A program made the position numbers and the translations under genes. Shown here piece after piece: positions 61,538 to 64,000 of a DNA stretch of 64,000 nt (position 1 is the stretch's first letter; each line of letters opens with the position of its first letter). This stretch comes from Pocillopora damicornis. Taxonomy: Eukaryota. Under the pieces are notes generated by a model. It ran no database searches and had not been told where the DNA came from. It saw nothing but the letters and a program-made list of their open reading frames with translations. The DNA lies in contig NW_020843829.1 of NCBI RefSeq assembly GCF_003704095.1, positions 744,001 to 808,000 on the forward strand, in the 5' to 3' direction.

Positions 61538-64000
61538 ATCTTAGGATCATGTCTTTTTTTCGGTGTTACGATGTGTTAAGCATTTCATGGCGCATTGAAA
61601 CAAATTTTCCTTGAGTGTGTCGAACCTTTTCATTCCCTTTAGTCAACTATTAATAATTTTAGCTAAAAATATCACCATTACGCCACAGACAGGTGATGAG
61701 ACCAACGAAGATATCAGGTAATAGTCTGGTTTAAGACTAAGTCGAGTCCTTACCAATGACGGAAAGGGGAATTTAAGGAGAATTAGTATTTAGATCTAAG
61801 AAGTGAAAAGTCACAATGATAGAAGATTTGAACATTCGACGGCAAAGTTGGTTTTCGAGATTTCCCATTTATTCCTTATTCTTGTAAGTAAGTTCAGACA
61901 CTGGCAAATTATTGCAGAGTCTTCGATAATCAATAAAATATTTTCAAAGTTAATTTTATCGAGGCACTGTGTGACTTAAGTCTAGTTAGGAATTAATGTT
62001 GAAGGCGAAATGACCAGGGACACCTTGAGCGATAGCGCTTCGAACTTTTCCTTATTTTGCTACTGGAATAAAGATGTTTCTGACGGTTTCTTCATAATAG
62101 AAGCTCTCAGATGAGCCACTTTTCATCGACCTTTTCGACAACGGTTCCTTTTGTTGGGAAACTTCCCGTGGATTGGGGGGCTAAAGATGCAACTCATTCG
62201 TCAAGAACACTGATAATTAAATACATTGTCTCATTATCTAATTAAGTCTCATTACGAACTAAAGCCACCCTTAAATTGGCGTTCAACCATTTGGCTAGAG
62301 TTTTCGTCTCCCGCGCGTTCGGGTAAAGATGAAATACATTTGCCCAAAAGCAGGTTTTCTTCGTGACCATTTAGAAAACAAAGTACGTCAATGCAAAAGC
62401 AAATATTGCTCGCGTATTGATTTCGGGTGAGTCGTGAACTCACGTCAATTGATATCTCATGAGGTATTTAAAAGGAAAACAGCTAAATTTGGCAAAGTTC
62501 AGCTGACACCGAAAAAATTTATCAGCATACGACGTCAATAGTATCTTTCGATGTTATGTGAAGGTGGACTTTGCTCGTAACGTATAATTTTGAAGCGATG
62601 GTTTCATTATGTTTTGGATATTAACCATGCAAAGACAATACAGATTACTTGACTGTTAAAACAAAAAGTTGAAAGGTAGAAGGTAAACGGTTCACTGCCA
62701 AATTGCGAGTACTTTTCGTGAACAATGATGTCGACGGCTTAAAAAGTTAGTGAAATACTTGGTGGCTGTGCAGCATGACGTGTATCAAACTACTCACTGT
62801 TAACGTCTTTTGAAAGACCTTAAATTTTCAACTTTGCGAAATAAACATTGTCCCATTCACTTTCTCACCTTAGCCGTGTTACAGTGACTCTTCAGATTTA
62901 TCATATTTCATATCACATATCGCAGGGAGGAAAAATTGAAGAAATTCGTATGACTGATGAGGGGAACAGGGGCCGGTTCAAAATTTGCATTTTGCAAAGA
63001 TTTATCCATAATTGTTTGCGTAATATCATATGAATACTTTCGTCAAAATAGTTCAGATTGTAACAGATGGCAAGATTGTGGAGTTTTTAATTAGTATTTC
63101 AACTTTACTGCAAGAAGTAAATACTACGTTTGCTTCTAGGGAAACATTTCTTTTCCAAATACCGGTTTCTACAAGTAAGCTGATTACATTTCTTGAGTTT
63201 TTTTGTAGCAAAGGTTAATTGCAAGATATTTTGTGCAGTTATCCAAGAATTGATCCTAAATGAAATGAAGTCAGTAGCAGAAATAGATGTCAAACAAATA
63301 CAAGTAGACAAAGGTATTCTTCGATGACGAGATTGTGAGTGCTGATAAATGCAGTATTGCGTCCCTTTTTCCGAAACAAAACTATGAGCATCCAAAGAAT
63401 GCGAACACTTCAATACTTTCTTTGGGCAAACGGCATCAACATTTGGCAGGTAATCCCATGACGCTAGCACCACAAGTATTACTTTTCCATTGAGTAGACC
63501 TGCCTCGTCACGCACCGGAAGCCAAATAAATTGAGCAAAAACTACTGCATTCTTTAAATACAACAGTGACTACAGTCTTTTAACGTTAAAAATCCTAAAT
63601 TCTGGATTTCTCTGTTATTTATTACATAATTGTCAGCAGGCATTAATGCGCAATACGTAAGGAAGTTAGACCATTTATCGTAAACTACCACAGCAAACTT
63701 ACCACCTAAAAGATTCACATCACTGATTTGGCTTGGATTCTAACTAAAAAGTGTCACTCTTTGAAGGCAAAGGTATTAATTTCATTCTTTCTCACAGATC
63801 ATTTTTTAATTTATCATTATTTTCCAATTACTTACCAACGATTTTTTAATTTCTTGAATGCCCTTATGGCTATTTCAACAGCCACTAACTGGTTGTTTGT
63901 CCACTTATAGCTTCCCTTGGCTGTTCATAAACTGTTACGTTCCAAAACAGGGAATGCAAACATAGTTTGATGACACAAACCATCGTGGTTGGTTTTTTAA

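Noticed and set aside
63105-63563. 152-aa minus-strand ORF
   Set aside because: No recognisable family or splice structure; cannot be supported.

Overview
Eukaryotic, intron-rich, AT-rich genomic window with three N gaps. It is probably from a stony coral (anthozoan cnidarian), inferred from gene content and repeat style. Four spliced protein-coding genes were reconstructed by hand from GT-AG sites and reading frame: (1) Slingshot cofilin phosphatase (minus, 17324->1449, 18 exons) with a ~1130-aa low-complexity tail carrying repeated GxV(K/R)(R/K)Hxxx(F/I)E motifs; (2) a large type II transmembrane collagen (minus, 46069->23574) with the order TM, RXXR site, helical repeats, 27 Gly-X-Y triplets, 3 Ig, sushi/CCP, uromodulin-type Cys-rich domain; (3) mitochondrial AAA chaperone BCS1 (plus, 47505-50947), head-to-head with the collagen gene; (4) a secreted animal heme peroxidase (plus, 55603-61537). 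The main finding lies inside gene 2 and is mostly invisible in the ORF track. It is a 9-kb array of ~27 tandemly duplicated phase-1/phase-1 mini-exons (66-108 nt), each encoding a variant of GGLNLSSx[19 protein letters not shown]. The array is bracketed by dense strand-specific clusters of UGCAUG (the Rbfox motif) and followed by a YGCY/YCAY-rich tract. This suggests a splicing-tunable, N-glycosylated stalk of up to ~740 aa. Introns contain many MITE-like, tRNA-derived and Penelope-like palindromes and one LINE fragment. All coordinates and counts were read by eye and may be off by a few bases.
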